A stretch of DNA of 64,000 nt from Rubrivivax sp. GTDB lineage: Bacteria > Pseudomonadota > Gammaproteobacteria > Burkholderiales > Burkholderiaceae_C. Each line of letters starts with the position of its first letter. Position 1 is the first letter of the stretch. Both the position numbers and the translations under genes were made by a program. The notes under the pieces were generated by a model. That model searched no databases, was not told the DNA's origin, and saw only the letters and a program-made list of their open reading frames with translations. The stretch is from positions 456-64,455 of the forward strand of contig JAJTDE010000005.1 of assembly GCA_021298085.1 (NCBI GenBank), written 5' to 3'. Shown here one piece after another: positions 38,164 to 47,354 of this stretch.

Positions 38164-39001
38164 CGACGTCGGCATCGGTGCACACGGCAAACCACTCCAC
38201 CAGCTGCAGGCGCGCCTTTTCGCGCCACTCGGCCTTGTCACGCATCACCACTTCCAGCAGTTGGTCGAAGGCGGCCTTGAAGTCGCCTTCATAGACGCGG
38301 ATGGCGGCCAGCGCAAAGCGGGCGTCGAAATCCTTCTTGTTGGCCGCGATGCGGGCTTCAAGCTCGGCCGGGTTGCCGGGCGGCTTGTTGCGCGCCAGTG
38401 CGATGCGCTTGATCAGGCTGGCGTGGCGGTCGTCCTGCTGCTCCATGTCCACGGAATTCAGCAGCTTCTCGGCTTCATCGAGTGCGTCACGGGCGATCAG
38501 GCGCTCAGCCAGGTCGCCGCTGAGTCCCATGTCGCCCGGCACGTGCATCAGGCCTTCGCGCAGCATCGATTCCGCGGTCATCGGGTCGGCCTGGCGGGCG
38601 TCCTCGCGCAGGGCTTCCAACGGGTCGGCCTGTTCACCGAGGTGCTTGTCCAGGAAGGCGCGCACCTGGCCTTCCGGCAGCGCACCCATGAACTGGTCCA
38701 CCGGCCGGCCGCCGACAAACAGCACCACCAGCGGGATGCTGCGGATCTGCAGAGCGGCCGAGATCTGCGGCGCGTCGTCGGTGTTCAGCTTGGCCAGCTC
38801 GAAGCGGCCGCCATAGTCCTGGACGAGCTTTTCCAGGATGGGCTTCAGGTTGCGGCAGGGTGCACACCACGGCGCCCAGCAATCGAGCAGCACGGGCACC
38901 TCGAGCGACCGCTCGAGCACGGTCTGCCGGAAGTCAGCCTCGGTGACGTCGTAGGACAGGGCGGAGTGGGCGGCGGTGTCAGGGTTCATCATCGAGGGCA
39001 T
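38123..39001 (-). CDS. ybbN: Thioredoxin-TPR chaperedoxin (YbbN/CnoX-like)
   Basis: WAPWCAPC, IRSIP.V, TPR C-terminus (A..QLLEVV.RD, R..L...L.); start 39001/38992/38989. Confidence 0.88.
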   Translation of the reverse strand: MPSMMNPDTAAHSALSYDVTEADFRQTVLERSLEVPVLLDCWAPWCAPCRNLKPILEKLVQDYGGRFELAKLNTDDAPQISAALQIRSIPLVVLFVGGRPVDQFMGALPEGQVRAFLDKHLGEQADPLEALREDARQADPMTAESMLREGLMHVPGDMGLSGDLAERLIARDALDEAEKLLNSVDMEQQDDRHASLIKRIALARNKPPGNPAELEARIAANKKDFDARFALAAIRVYEGDFKAAFDQLLEVVMRDKAEWREKARLQLVEWFAVCTDADVVSYGRRYLGMYLN

Positions 39002-39084
39002 GTGCTGTCGGGGGTGGGACTTTCAAGCGTCCGTGGCGGTGGCCGGCGTGACGCGGTTCAGGTAGGCAACGGCGCCCAGGGACC

Positions 39085-40098
39085 TCAATCCAGGCTCACA
39101 CCCAGGCGGCGGATCACCGGGCCCCAGCGGGCCACGTCGGCGTCGATCACCCGCTTGAAATCGGCGGCGCTGCCGCCCACCACGGTCATCCCTTGCCGGG
39201 CCAGCGCGCCCTTGACGTCGTCGGTGGCCAGCAGCGCGTTGACATCGGCGTTGATGCGGGCCACGGTGGCGTCGGGCAACGAGGCCGGGCCGAGCAGGCC
39301 GTTCCAGGCAAGGGCCTCGACCTTCGGGAAGCCCGATTCCGCCAGCGTGGGCACGTCCTTCAGGGCCTCGATGCGCTGGCCGCTGCTGACGGCCAGCAGG
39401 CGCACCTTGCCCGACTGCACATGCGGCAGCAGGGCCGGCGCCACCATGAACGTGGCGTGGGCCTCGCCCTGGGCGACCGACAGTGCGGCCGGGGGCGACC
39501 CGTTGAAGGGCACATGGGTGGCCTGGGCGCCGGCTTCGCTGAGGAACAGCTCCATCGTCAGGTGCGCCGAGCTGCCGTTGCCCAGGGAGGCGTAGTTGGC
39601 CTTTCCGGCCTGCGCCTTGAGCCAGGCGGCCAACTCCGCCACCGTCCGGGCGGGCACTTTCTCGGCATTCACCGCCAGCACATTGGCCTGGCTGGTGGTC
39701 ATCACGATGGGCTTGAGGTCCTTGGCGGGGTCGTAGGGCGTCTTCTTGTAGAGGAACGGTGCGTTGGCCACCGGCCCGTTGAAGCCGATCGCCAGCGTGT
39801 GCCCGTCGGTGGCCTTGGCCGCCACGTCCAGGCCCAGCATGCCGCCGGCGCCGGGCTTGTTCTCGACCACCACGGCCTGCCCCCAGCGCGCCGAGAGCTT
39901 GTCGCTCATCAGCCGCACGATCAGGTCCAGGCTGCTGCCAGGGCCGGTTGGCACGACGATCCTGACGCTCTGGCTGGGCCAGCCAGGTGCGGAGGCCTGG
40001 GCCAGGGCCTGACCGGGGCTCAGCAGTGCGGCACCGACGGCGGTGGCGGCCACGGCCGTGGCCAGCCATGACAAGGCAATGAACGGGCGGCGCTGCAT
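39085..40098 (-). CDS. Bug/TctC family tripartite tricarboxylate transporter substrate-binding protein
   Basis: VRIVVP..PG...D, VENKPGAGG, YAS.GNGS..HL, HVPFNG, W.GL.GPA.LP. Confidence 0.92.
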   Translation of the reverse strand: MQRRPFIALSWLATAVAATAVGAALLSPGQALAQASAPGWPSQSVRIVVPTGPGSSLDLIVRLMSDKLSARWGQAVVVENKPGAGGMLGLDVAAKATDGHTLAIGFNGPVANAPFLYKKTPYDPAKDLKPIVMTTSQANVLAVNAEKVPARTVAELAAWLKAQAGKANYASLGNGSSAHLTMELFLSEAGAQATHVPFNGSPPAALSVAQGEAHATFMVAPALLPHVQSGKVRLLAVSSGQRIEALKDVPTLAESGFPKVEALAWNGLLGPASLPDATVARINADVNALLATDDVKGALARQGMTVVGGSAADFKRVIDADVARWGPVIRRLGVSLD

Positions 40099-40238
40099 GG
40101 GCGGGCTTCTCCTGCGCGGGTCAGCGGGTGGTGGTGGCCCAGCAGGTCATCTGGGCACGCGGTAAAGAGCGGTATCGTAGTGCCCCTGGCCGTGTACGCG
40201 GCGCTGTGGGGCCCCTTGTCAGGCTACCGAGCTTCATC

Positions 40239-40781
40239 ATGATCCGTTTGATTCTGGCCTTGCTGGTGGCTGCCGGCCTGGCGGCGCTGTACTTTTTTGT
40301 GGCCGTGAACTGGAGCTACTCCAGCGGCGAACGTGCCGGCTGGGTGCAGAAACTCTCGAAGAAGGGCTGGCTGTGCAAGACCTGGGAGGGTGAGCTGGCC
40401 CTGGTGTCGCTGCCCGGCAGTGCCGTGGAGAAGTTCTACTTCACGGTGCATGACGACCAGGTGGCCCAGCGCATCACGCGCCTGGTGGGCAAGCGCGTCA
40501 GCCTGCACTACGAAGAGAAGGTAGGCCTGCCCACCACCTGCTTTGGCGAGACGCGTCACTTCGTGACCGACGTGACCGAAACCCCCGACATCCCGCTGGG
40601 CCCGGGTGTGACGCTCCAGCAGCCGGCGCAACCTGCGCAACCGGTGCCATCACCCGCAGCACCCGTTGCGCCGCCGGCACCGGCCGCCCCCACCATGACA
40701 GCGCCACCGGCCGCCGCGCCTGCGCCGCTGGCGGCCCCTGCGGCCCCTGCGGCTCCTGCGGCCCCCGCAGCTTCCCGCTAG
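40239..40781 (+). CDS. Membrane-anchored hypothetical protein with Pro/Ala-rich tail
   Basis: N-terminal TM; YSSGERAGWVQKLSKKGWLCKTWEGEL conserved-looking domain; low-complexity C-terminus. Confidence 0.75.
   Translation: MIRLILALLVAAGLAALYFFVAVNWSYSSGERAGWVQKLSKKGWLCKTWEGELALVSLPGSAVEKFYFTVHDDQVAQRITRLVGKRVSLHYEEKVGLPTTCFGETRHFVTDVTETPDIPLGPGVTLQQPAQPAQPVPSPAAPVAPPAPAAPTMTAPPAAAPAPLAAPAAPAAPAAPAASR
40731..40766 (+). repeat. 4 x 9-bp tandem repeat (GCGGCCCCT-like) encoding AAP
   Basis: GCGGCCCCT GCGGCCCCT GCGGCTCCT GCGGCCCCC. Confidence 0.85.
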
Positions 40782-40833
40782 CGGGAACGCACGCCAGGCC
40801 CAGCCGGGCTGGCGGCAACCGCCGCTACCGGCA

Positions 40834-42102
40834 TCAGGGGTACAGCCCGCGTTCCTGGCGCGCCGTCAGGATGCGTTCACACGCCACCGCAAAGGTGGCC
40901 GTGCGCAGCGTGATGCGATGGCGGTCGGCGGTGTCCCAGATATTCTTCAGCGCGCCCACCATGATCTTGTCCAGACGCATGTTGATCTCGTCTTCGGTCC
41001 AGAAGAAGGAGCTGAAGTCCTGGACCCACTCGAAGTAGCTCACGGTCACGCCGCCGGCGTTGCAGATCACGTCCGGGACCACCAGCACGCCGCGATCGGC
41101 CAGCACGTCGTCGGCGCTGGGCAGCGTCGGGCCGTTGGCGCCTTCCAGCACCAGCCTGGCGCGGATGCGGTTGGCCCGGCCGGCGTTGATCTGGCCTTCC
41201 AGGGCGGCCGGGATCAGGATGTCGCAGTCCACGTCCCAGAAGTCTTCGTTGTCGATGGCGTCGGCGCCCTTGAAGCCGGCCACGCCGCCGGTGGCGCGCA
41301 GGTGCGGCATCAGTTCCGCGAGGTCGAAGCCGTGTTCGTTGAAGATGGTGCCGGTGTGGTCCTGCGCGCAGACGATGCGCGCGCCCGATTGGTTGAACAG
41401 TTCGGCTGCCGATGAGCCGACGTTGCCCATCCCCTGCACGGCAACGCGGGCGCCGTCCAGCGGCAGGCCGATGCGCCGGGCGGCTTCGCGGCCGGTCACA
41501 AACACGCCGCGCCCGGTGGACTTCACGCGCCCGAGCGAGCCACCCAGGTGGATCGGCTTGCCGGTGACCACACCCGTGGCGGTGGCGCCGACGTTCATGG
41601 AGTAGGTGTCCATCATCCAGGCCATGATCTGGCCGTTGGTATTGACGTCCGGTGCCGGGATGTCCTGCTGCGGGCCGATGATGATGCCGATCTCGCTGGT
41701 GTAGCGCCGGGTCAGGCGTTCCAGTTCCTTGGTCGACAGCTTCTTTGGCTCAACACGGATGCCGCCCTTGGCGCCGCCATAGGGCAGGTTGACGGCCGCA
41801 TTCTTGATGCTCATCCAGGCGGCCAGTGCCATCACCTCTTCCAGGGTCACGTCGGGGTGGTAGCGCACACCGCCCTTGCCCGGCCCCCGGGTCAGCGAGT
41901 GCTGTGACCGGAAGCCCTCGTAGTGGGCAACGGTGCCATCGTCGAGTTCGATGGGGATGTCGACGATCAGCGTTCGCTTGGGGCGCCTGAGGGTTTCGGC
42001 CCAACGGGCCAGCGGGCCCAGGTAGGGCACGACGCGGTCTACCTGGCTGAGGTAGGTCCCCCAAGGGCTGTCAGGGGTCGGGTGAACGTAGGACAGGCTC
42101 AT
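40834..42102 (-). CDS. gdhA: Glu/Leu/Phe/Val dehydrogenase (glutamate dehydrogenase)
   Basis: [50 protein letters not shown]. Confidence 0.94.
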   Translation of the reverse strand: MSLSYVHPTPDSPWGTYLSQVDRVVPYLGPLARWAETLRRPKRTLIVDIPIELDDGTVAHYEGFRSQHSLTRGPGKGGVRYHPDVTLEEVMALAAWMSIKNAAVNLPYGGAKGGIRVEPKKLSTKELERLTRRYTSEIGIIIGPQQDIPAPDVNTNGQIMAWMMDTYSMNVGATATGVVTGKPIHLGGSLGRVKSTGRGVFVTGREAARRIGLPLDGARVAVQGMGNVGSSAAELFNQSGARIVCAQDHTGTIFNEHGFDLAELMPHLRATGGVAGFKGADAIDNEDFWDVDCDILIPAALEGQINAGRANRIRARLVLEGANGPTLPSADDVLADRGVLVVPDVICNAGGVTVSYFEWVQDFSSFFWTEDEINMRLDKIMVGALKNIWDTADRHRITLRTATFAVACERILTARQERGLYP

Positions 42103-42266
42103 GGTCTCTCCAGTGGGTCAGCGGCATGGGCAGCGACCGAGGCCGCACCTTTTGGGTGCAGCCCCGGCGCTTGGGGCGGGACTGTAGGAGGCGGCGAACC
42201 GTTTGTGGCGCTTCCGGCCGACCTTATGCACGCTTTGCATGGGCCGCCAGCCAGGGCTGTTGGCGT

Positions 42267-43085
42267 TCAACTCCGGCCCAGTTCCTCGGCGCGCTGGCGA
42301 GCGGCGTGCAGGGCCTGCGCAAAGTGCTGGCCAACGCCGTGCGCGTTCAGGTGGGCGAGTGCCGCGGCGGTGGTGCCACCCTTGGAGGTGACGCGTTCGC
42401 GCAGGGTCTGGGGCGATTCCGGCGATTGCATGGCCAGCGCTGCGGCCCCGGCGAAAGTCTCCTGCGCCAGTTGGCGGGCGATGGCCGCGCTGAGCCCCAT
42501 CTCGGTGCCGGCCTGGACCATGGCTTCGATGAAGTAGAAGATGTAGGCTGGCCCTGAGCCCGACAGCGCTGTCACGGCGTCCAGATCGGCTTCGTGGTCG
42601 ACCCAGACCACGCTGCCGCAGGTCTGCAGCAAGGAGGCTGCCCAATGGCGGCTGTCCGCGTCGACGGCATCCACGGCATACAGGCCCGAGATGCCACGCC
42701 CGATCAGCGCGGGGGTGTTGGGCATGGCCCGCACCAGGCGCTGTGCGCCCGTGGCCGTGCCCAGGCTCGCGCAGCGCACACCCGCCATGATGCTCAGGTG
42801 CAGCGCGCGGGTGGTCATGCCCTGGCAGGCCGCGGCGGCGTCGGCGAAGTGCTGGGGCTTGACGGCCCAGACGATCGCCTCGCAGGGCGCCAGCCGGTCA
42901 TCGGCGGCAGCCATGGCCTCCACCCCCGTGGCCTGGCGCAGACGCTCGCGTTGTTCGGGCACGGGCTCCACCACCCTCAGCCGTTCGGCGGGCACACCCG
43001 CGCGCCGCAGGCCGCCGATGATGGCCAGGGCCATGTTGCCGCCGCCGATGAAGCCGGTCAGGGGATGCGAGGTGGGGCTGCTCAT
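42267..43085 (-). CDS. proC: Pyrroline-5-carboxylate reductase
   Basis: FIGGGNMA, WAVKPQ, RAMPNTPA, TALSGSGPAY, VTSKGGTT. Confidence 0.96.
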   Translation of the reverse strand: MSSPTSHPLTGFIGGGNMALAIIGGLRRAGVPAERLRVVEPVPEQRERLRQATGVEAMAAADDRLAPCEAIVWAVKPQHFADAAAACQGMTTRALHLSIMAGVRCASLGTATGAQRLVRAMPNTPALIGRGISGLYAVDAVDADSRHWAASLLQTCGSVVWVDHEADLDAVTALSGSGPAYIFYFIEAMVQAGTEMGLSAAIARQLAQETFAGAAALAMQSPESPQTLRERVTSKGGTTAAALAHLNAHGVGQHFAQALHAARQRAEELGRS

Positions 43086-43127
43086 GGGGCTTTGCCAGGT
43101 GTCACGGTTCGTGCAGCGCGGTACGCC

Positions 43128-44478
43128 TCACTGCCGAGGTGGCAGCAGGGCAGGGGCGCCGGCGTAGATCGACCACAGGCGGATCGCGGGTGCCAGCGGG
43201 TCGTTGGTGGCCTGCGCCAGCAAGTCGGTCAGCGTCTGCTGCGCCGCGTCCTTGCGCCCGGCGGCCATTTGCGCAATGCCCAGGTGCAGGCGGATCTCGG
43301 CGGGGCGCTTGAGCCCGCCCTTGGCCACGCCTTGTTCGATCATCGTCAGCCCAGGTTCGACAGCGGCAGCGCCCGCCTGAGGTGGCAGCGCACTGATCTT
43401 GGCAAAACCCAGGTCGGCCAGCGCGGTGCCATCGGCCGCGCGGCGGGCCGCGGCTTCGGCAGCGGCCCGGTCGGCCTGGTCAGCGGCAGCCGCGCGGCGT
43501 GCCTGGTCACGCAGGCGGCCATGTTCGGCGGCGCCCGTGCCCGTGCCCAGGCTGCCATCGGCGTACCCTTCTTCCACCAGCACCAGCGCCTCGGCGGGCT
43601 GGCCGGCCCGCAGCGACAGGAAGGCCATCTCTGCGCGCATGTCGGCCGTCAGCTTGCTCCCGGTGGCGCGCAGCAGGCGGTAGAGCTCAAGCAGTGCGCG
43701 GTCGCTCAGGTTGGGTGCGCGGGACGTAGCCGAGACCAGCTCAGCCCAGTATTCCGGCCGGGGGTAGCTGTTGACCAGCCGTTCGAGCGTGGTGCTGCTG
43801 CCAGGGTCCTTGGAGCGGTACTGCAGGCTCAGCAGCAGCCGCAAGTGGCTCTCTGGTGTGCTGCGGCCGGCCTTGCCAGCCTCTTCAACGCGGGCGGCCA
43901 AGGCCTGCTTGGCCCCAGCCTCGTCGCCGCTGTCGGCCATCGCCTGGATGCGCATCACGCGCACCACATCGTTGGTGCCCTTCAGCTCCTCGTAACGGTT
44001 GGCCCAGCGCAGCGCCCGTGCGGTGTCGCGTTCGCGCAGCGACAGGCTCACCAGCGCTTCGATCAGCGACAAGGTCTCGGTGGCATCGGCCTGGCCAGTC
44101 AGCAGGGCGGCGTCGAGAGACTGGATGGTCAGGGCCGTGTTGCCGGCACGCTGGGCGGTAGACGCCCGTGTCCGCTCGATGACCCAGGTCTCCCAGGGGG
44201 TACGGTTGAGGATGGCTTCGGCGTCGGTCAGCTTGGCCAGGGCTTCGGCAAACTTGTTTTCCTGGAGAAGGCTCTGCGCGGCCTGCAGCAGCACGCCGAC
44301 TTCTGGACGCACCACGCGGGCATTGATCTCCAGCGCAGGTGTGCCGGATGCGCCTGCGCCGGGGGTGGCCGGTGCGGTGGTGGTGGCGGCCGCCTGGGCA
44401 CTCGCCGCCAGCGGCCAGGACAGGCTCAGCAACAACGCTGCGCAGGCGGGGAGGGCTCGGGATGTCAGTTCGGGCATG
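43128..44478 (-). CDS. Exported TPR/helical-repeat hypothetical protein
   Basis: Signal peptide (..WPLAASAQA), amphipathic helical repeats, TPR-like LHLGIAQMAAGRKDAA. Confidence 0.7.
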
Positions 44479-44620
44479 GTGGTGGTGCGGGCGAGGCCGC
44501 GCGCGTGCACGTGGCAGGGGTGTACTCAGGTGGCGGACAGACGCGGGAACGGCGAGGCAAGCAGGCCTGCCGGGCCGAGAGCATACCCAAGCCTGCGCTG
44601 CGCTGCGCCGTGCCCTCGGT

Positions 44621-46288
44621 TCAGGCCTGCTGCAGCAGGCGCCGCACAGTGGGCAAGAGCGCCTCGGCGGTGTTCTCCTTGGCCACGATGGCCGAGCGGC
44701 CCAGGCGGGCCAGGCTGCGTTCGATGGCAGGCGACACCGCACCCGTTACCAGGAGCAGCGGCAGTTGCGGCTGGCGCTGGCGCAGCCGCCTGCACAGTTG
44801 CAGGCCGGTCATCGTGGGCATGGACTGGTCGGTGATGAGCAGGTCGATGGTGGCAGCGCGTGTGGCGTCGAACCAGCTCAGCGCCTGCCCCGGGCCATGC
44901 AGGAGGTGGGCTTGGAAGCCGGCGCGCTCGAGCAGAAAACACAGCGTCATGCCGACCACTTCGTCGTCGTCCACCACCAGGACCTGCCGTTTGGCCGGCG
45001 GATGCCCGGAGGGCGCGGCGGCCCCTGTGTCCAGCGTCACCGGCGCCAGCGGCTCGGTGCCGGTGCCGGTGCCGGTGCCGGGCGCACGGGTGTCGGTGGC
45101 CGGCTTGGGTCTGTCAGCCTCGGCCAGGGGCAGCAGCAGGTTGAAGCGGCTGCCTTGGCCGGGCTGGGAGTTGAGCGTCACCGAGCCACCCGCCCGCGCC
45201 ATCGCCGCGGCCACCTGGGCCAGGCCCAGCCCTGCGCCTTCGCCCACCGGCCGGGTGGTGAAAAAGGGTTCGAAGATCCGGGTGTGCAGCGCGGTGGGAA
45301 TGCCCACGCCGTTGTCTTCCACCCAGAGGCTGGCCTTGATGTCGCCCTGACGCGCCAGGCCCACGGTCACCCGGGGGTCGGCGCGGCCCTTGAGCGCATG
45401 CCAGGCGTTGAGCACCAGGTTCATCAAGGCCTGTTGCAGGTCGGTGGCATCCACGCACACCCACAGGTCGTCATCGGTGAACGCGGTGTCCAGCGTGACC
45501 GTCTCGGCCGGGCCCAGCCGCAGCAGCGTCACCGCCTCCTCGACGAGTGGACGCAGGGGCTGGCATTGCGGCGCTTGGATGTCGCCCCGGCCCAAGGCCA
45601 GGTTTCGGCGGATCAGCTCCCGCCCGCGGCGTCCGGCGGCCTCGATGCGGCTGGCCGCCCCATGGCAGGGGTGTTCGGGGGGCAGGTCGGCCAGCAGAGC
45701 CGACGCGTTGCCCAGCACCGATGCCAGCAGGTTGTTGAAGTCGTGGGCCAAGCCGACCGACAGCGCCGCGAGCATTTCGAGGCGCTGAGCCTGCACACGC
45801 TGCGCCAGCGCCAGGCGCTGGGCCGTCACCGGCTGGTGAACCACCAATGCCTGCGCCGGCCCGCCCGGCGGAAGCCGCGTGACGGTGGCCACATACCAGC
45901 GCAGCTCGCGGGGGCTGTGGCACGGGTACTCGCGTTCCCGCCGCTCGGCGCGCCCTTCCAGGACGTCCCGCAAGGCCGAGTGAAAACTCTGCGCGTCGTC
46001 CTGGTCATCGCCCTGGGCCATTCCGCACAGGTGCAGGTAGTTGCTGCCGACGCCGCTGAGGGCCGGGTCGCCGCCGTTGTCGCGTGCAAAGGCTTCCCAG
46101 GCGGGGTTCACATAGACGATGGTGCCTTCAGCGTCGACCAGGCAGACCTGTTCGTGCATGGCCTCCAGCGCCATGCGCGCCGCGCCATCCGGAAGGCTCG
46201 CCGGGCGCGCTGCGGGAGGTGCGGTGGATTGGCAGGAAGACGGGCTGTTGGAGCGCATGGAATGCGGGCGCCGCTGACGGTGCGGCAC
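44621..46288 (-). CDS. Cytoplasmic hybrid sensor histidine kinase (PAS-HisKA-HATPase-REC); start uncertain (46288/46258/46174)
   Basis: PAS VCLVDAEGTIVYVN; H-box AHDFNNLL; N-box NLVLNA; DNGVGI; FEPFFTT; GAGLGL; REC VLVVDDD...ITDQSMP. Confidence 0.9.
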   Translation of the reverse strand: MPHRQRRPHSMRSNSPSSCQSTAPPAARPASLPDGAARMALEAMHEQVCLVDAEGTIVYVNPAWEAFARDNGGDPALSGVGSNYLHLCGMAQGDDQDDAQSFHSALRDVLEGRAERREREYPCHSPRELRWYVATVTRLPPGGPAQALVVHQPVTAQRLALAQRVQAQRLEMLAALSVGLAHDFNNLLASVLGNASALLADLPPEHPCHGAASRIEAAGRRGRELIRRNLALGRGDIQAPQCQPLRPLVEEAVTLLRLGPAETVTLDTAFTDDDLWVCVDATDLQQALMNLVLNAWHALKGRADPRVTVGLARQGDIKASLWVEDNGVGIPTALHTRIFEPFFTTRPVGEGAGLGLAQVAAAMARAGGSVTLNSQPGQGSRFNLLLPLAEADRPKPATDTRAPGTGTGTGTEPLAPVTLDTGAAAPSGHPPAKRQVLVVDDDEVVGMTLCFLLERAGFQAHLLHGPGQALSWFDATRAATIDLLITDQSMPTMTGLQLCRRLRQRQPQLPLLLVTGAVSPAIERSLARLGRSAIVAKENTAEALLPTVRRLLQQA

Positions 46289-46367
46289 CTTGGGCTGACC
46301 CAGTGTAGGGTCTTTGCACCGATTTGGGGCAAGGTCCCGAAGGCCTGAGCCGACTCACAATAGCGGG

Positions 46368-47288
46368 ATGACCTTGACCGAACTGCGTTACATCGTGGCG
46401 GTGGCGCGCGAACGCCACTTCGGGCGTGCAGCCGAGGCCTGTCATGTGTCCCAGCCTACGCTCAGCGTGGCCATCAAGAAGCTGGAGGACGAGTTGGACG
46501 TCAAGCTCTTCGAGCGTGGCGGTGCCGAAGTCAGTGTGACCGCGCTGGGCGAACAGATCGTGCGCCAGGCGCAGGTGGTCATCGAGCAGGCAGGGCAGAT
46601 CAAGGAGATTGCCAAGGCCGGCAAGGACCCGCTCCATGGCCCGCTGCGGCTGGGCATCATCTACACCATCGGGCCCTACCTGCTGCCCGATCTGGTGCGT
46701 CAGGCCATCGAGCGGACGCCGCAGATGCCGCTGATGCTGCAGGAGAACTTCACCATCAAGCTGCTGGACATGCTGCGCACCGGCGAGCTCGACTGCGCCA
46801 TCATGGCCGAGCCCTTCCCTGACGCCGGTCTGGCGGTGGCGCCGCTGTATGACGAGCCCTTTGCCGTGGCCGTGCCACGCAACCACGCGTTGGCGACACG
46901 AGAACACATCAGCAGCGAGGAGCTGAAGGCGCAGACGATGCTGCTGCTGGGCACCGGCCACTGCTTCCGGGACCATGTCCTGGAGGTCTGCCCGGAGTTT
47001 GCGCGCTTCTCCAACGACGCCGAAGGCATCCGCAAGAGCTTTGAAGGCAGCTCGCTGGAGACCATCAAGCACATGGTGGCCTCGGGCATGGGCATCACCG
47101 TGGTGCCGCAGCTCAGTGTTCCCGCGGAGCCGCAACCGCACGTGGTCTATGTGCCCTTCCAGGCCCCCGTGCCCACCCGGCGCGTGGTGCTGGCGTGGCG
47201 CCGCAGCTTTCCGCGCTACGAGGCCATCGCCGCCTTGCGCAATGCGGTCTACGCCTGTACCTTGCCGGGTGTCCAGCGCCTGACCTGA
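46368..47288 (+). CDS. oxyR: Hydrogen peroxide-inducible genes activator OxyR (LysR family)
   Basis: MTLTELRYIVAVA..HFGRAA..C.VSQPTLS; redox cysteines in GHCFRDHVLEVC. Confidence 0.93.
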   Translation: MTLTELRYIVAVARERHFGRAAEACHVSQPTLSVAIKKLEDELDVKLFERGGAEVSVTALGEQIVRQAQVVIEQAGQIKEIAKAGKDPLHGPLRLGIIYTIGPYLLPDLVRQAIERTPQMPLMLQENFTIKLLDMLRTGELDCAIMAEPFPDAGLAVAPLYDEPFAVAVPRNHALATREHISSEELKAQTMLLLGTGHCFRDHVLEVCPEFARFSNDAEGIRKSFEGSSLETIKHMVASGMGITVVPQLSVPAEPQPHVVYVPFQAPVPTRRVVLAWRRSFPRYEAIAALRNAVYACTLPGVQRLT

Positions 47289-47354
47289 GCGCTGGCCTAC
47301 CCGTGGACCCCAGCCGTTCGAGCGGCCGCACGACACCCACCCACGCAGCACCGC

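Noticed and set aside
38030-46348. Very long alternative-frame ORFs (e.g. 42594..45350 +, 44339..46348 +, 38030..39595 +; similarly 59292..61109 - and 46128..48503 -)
   Set aside because: Antisense or off-frame shadows of recognisable genes, expected in ~70% GC DNA with few stop codons; no motifs
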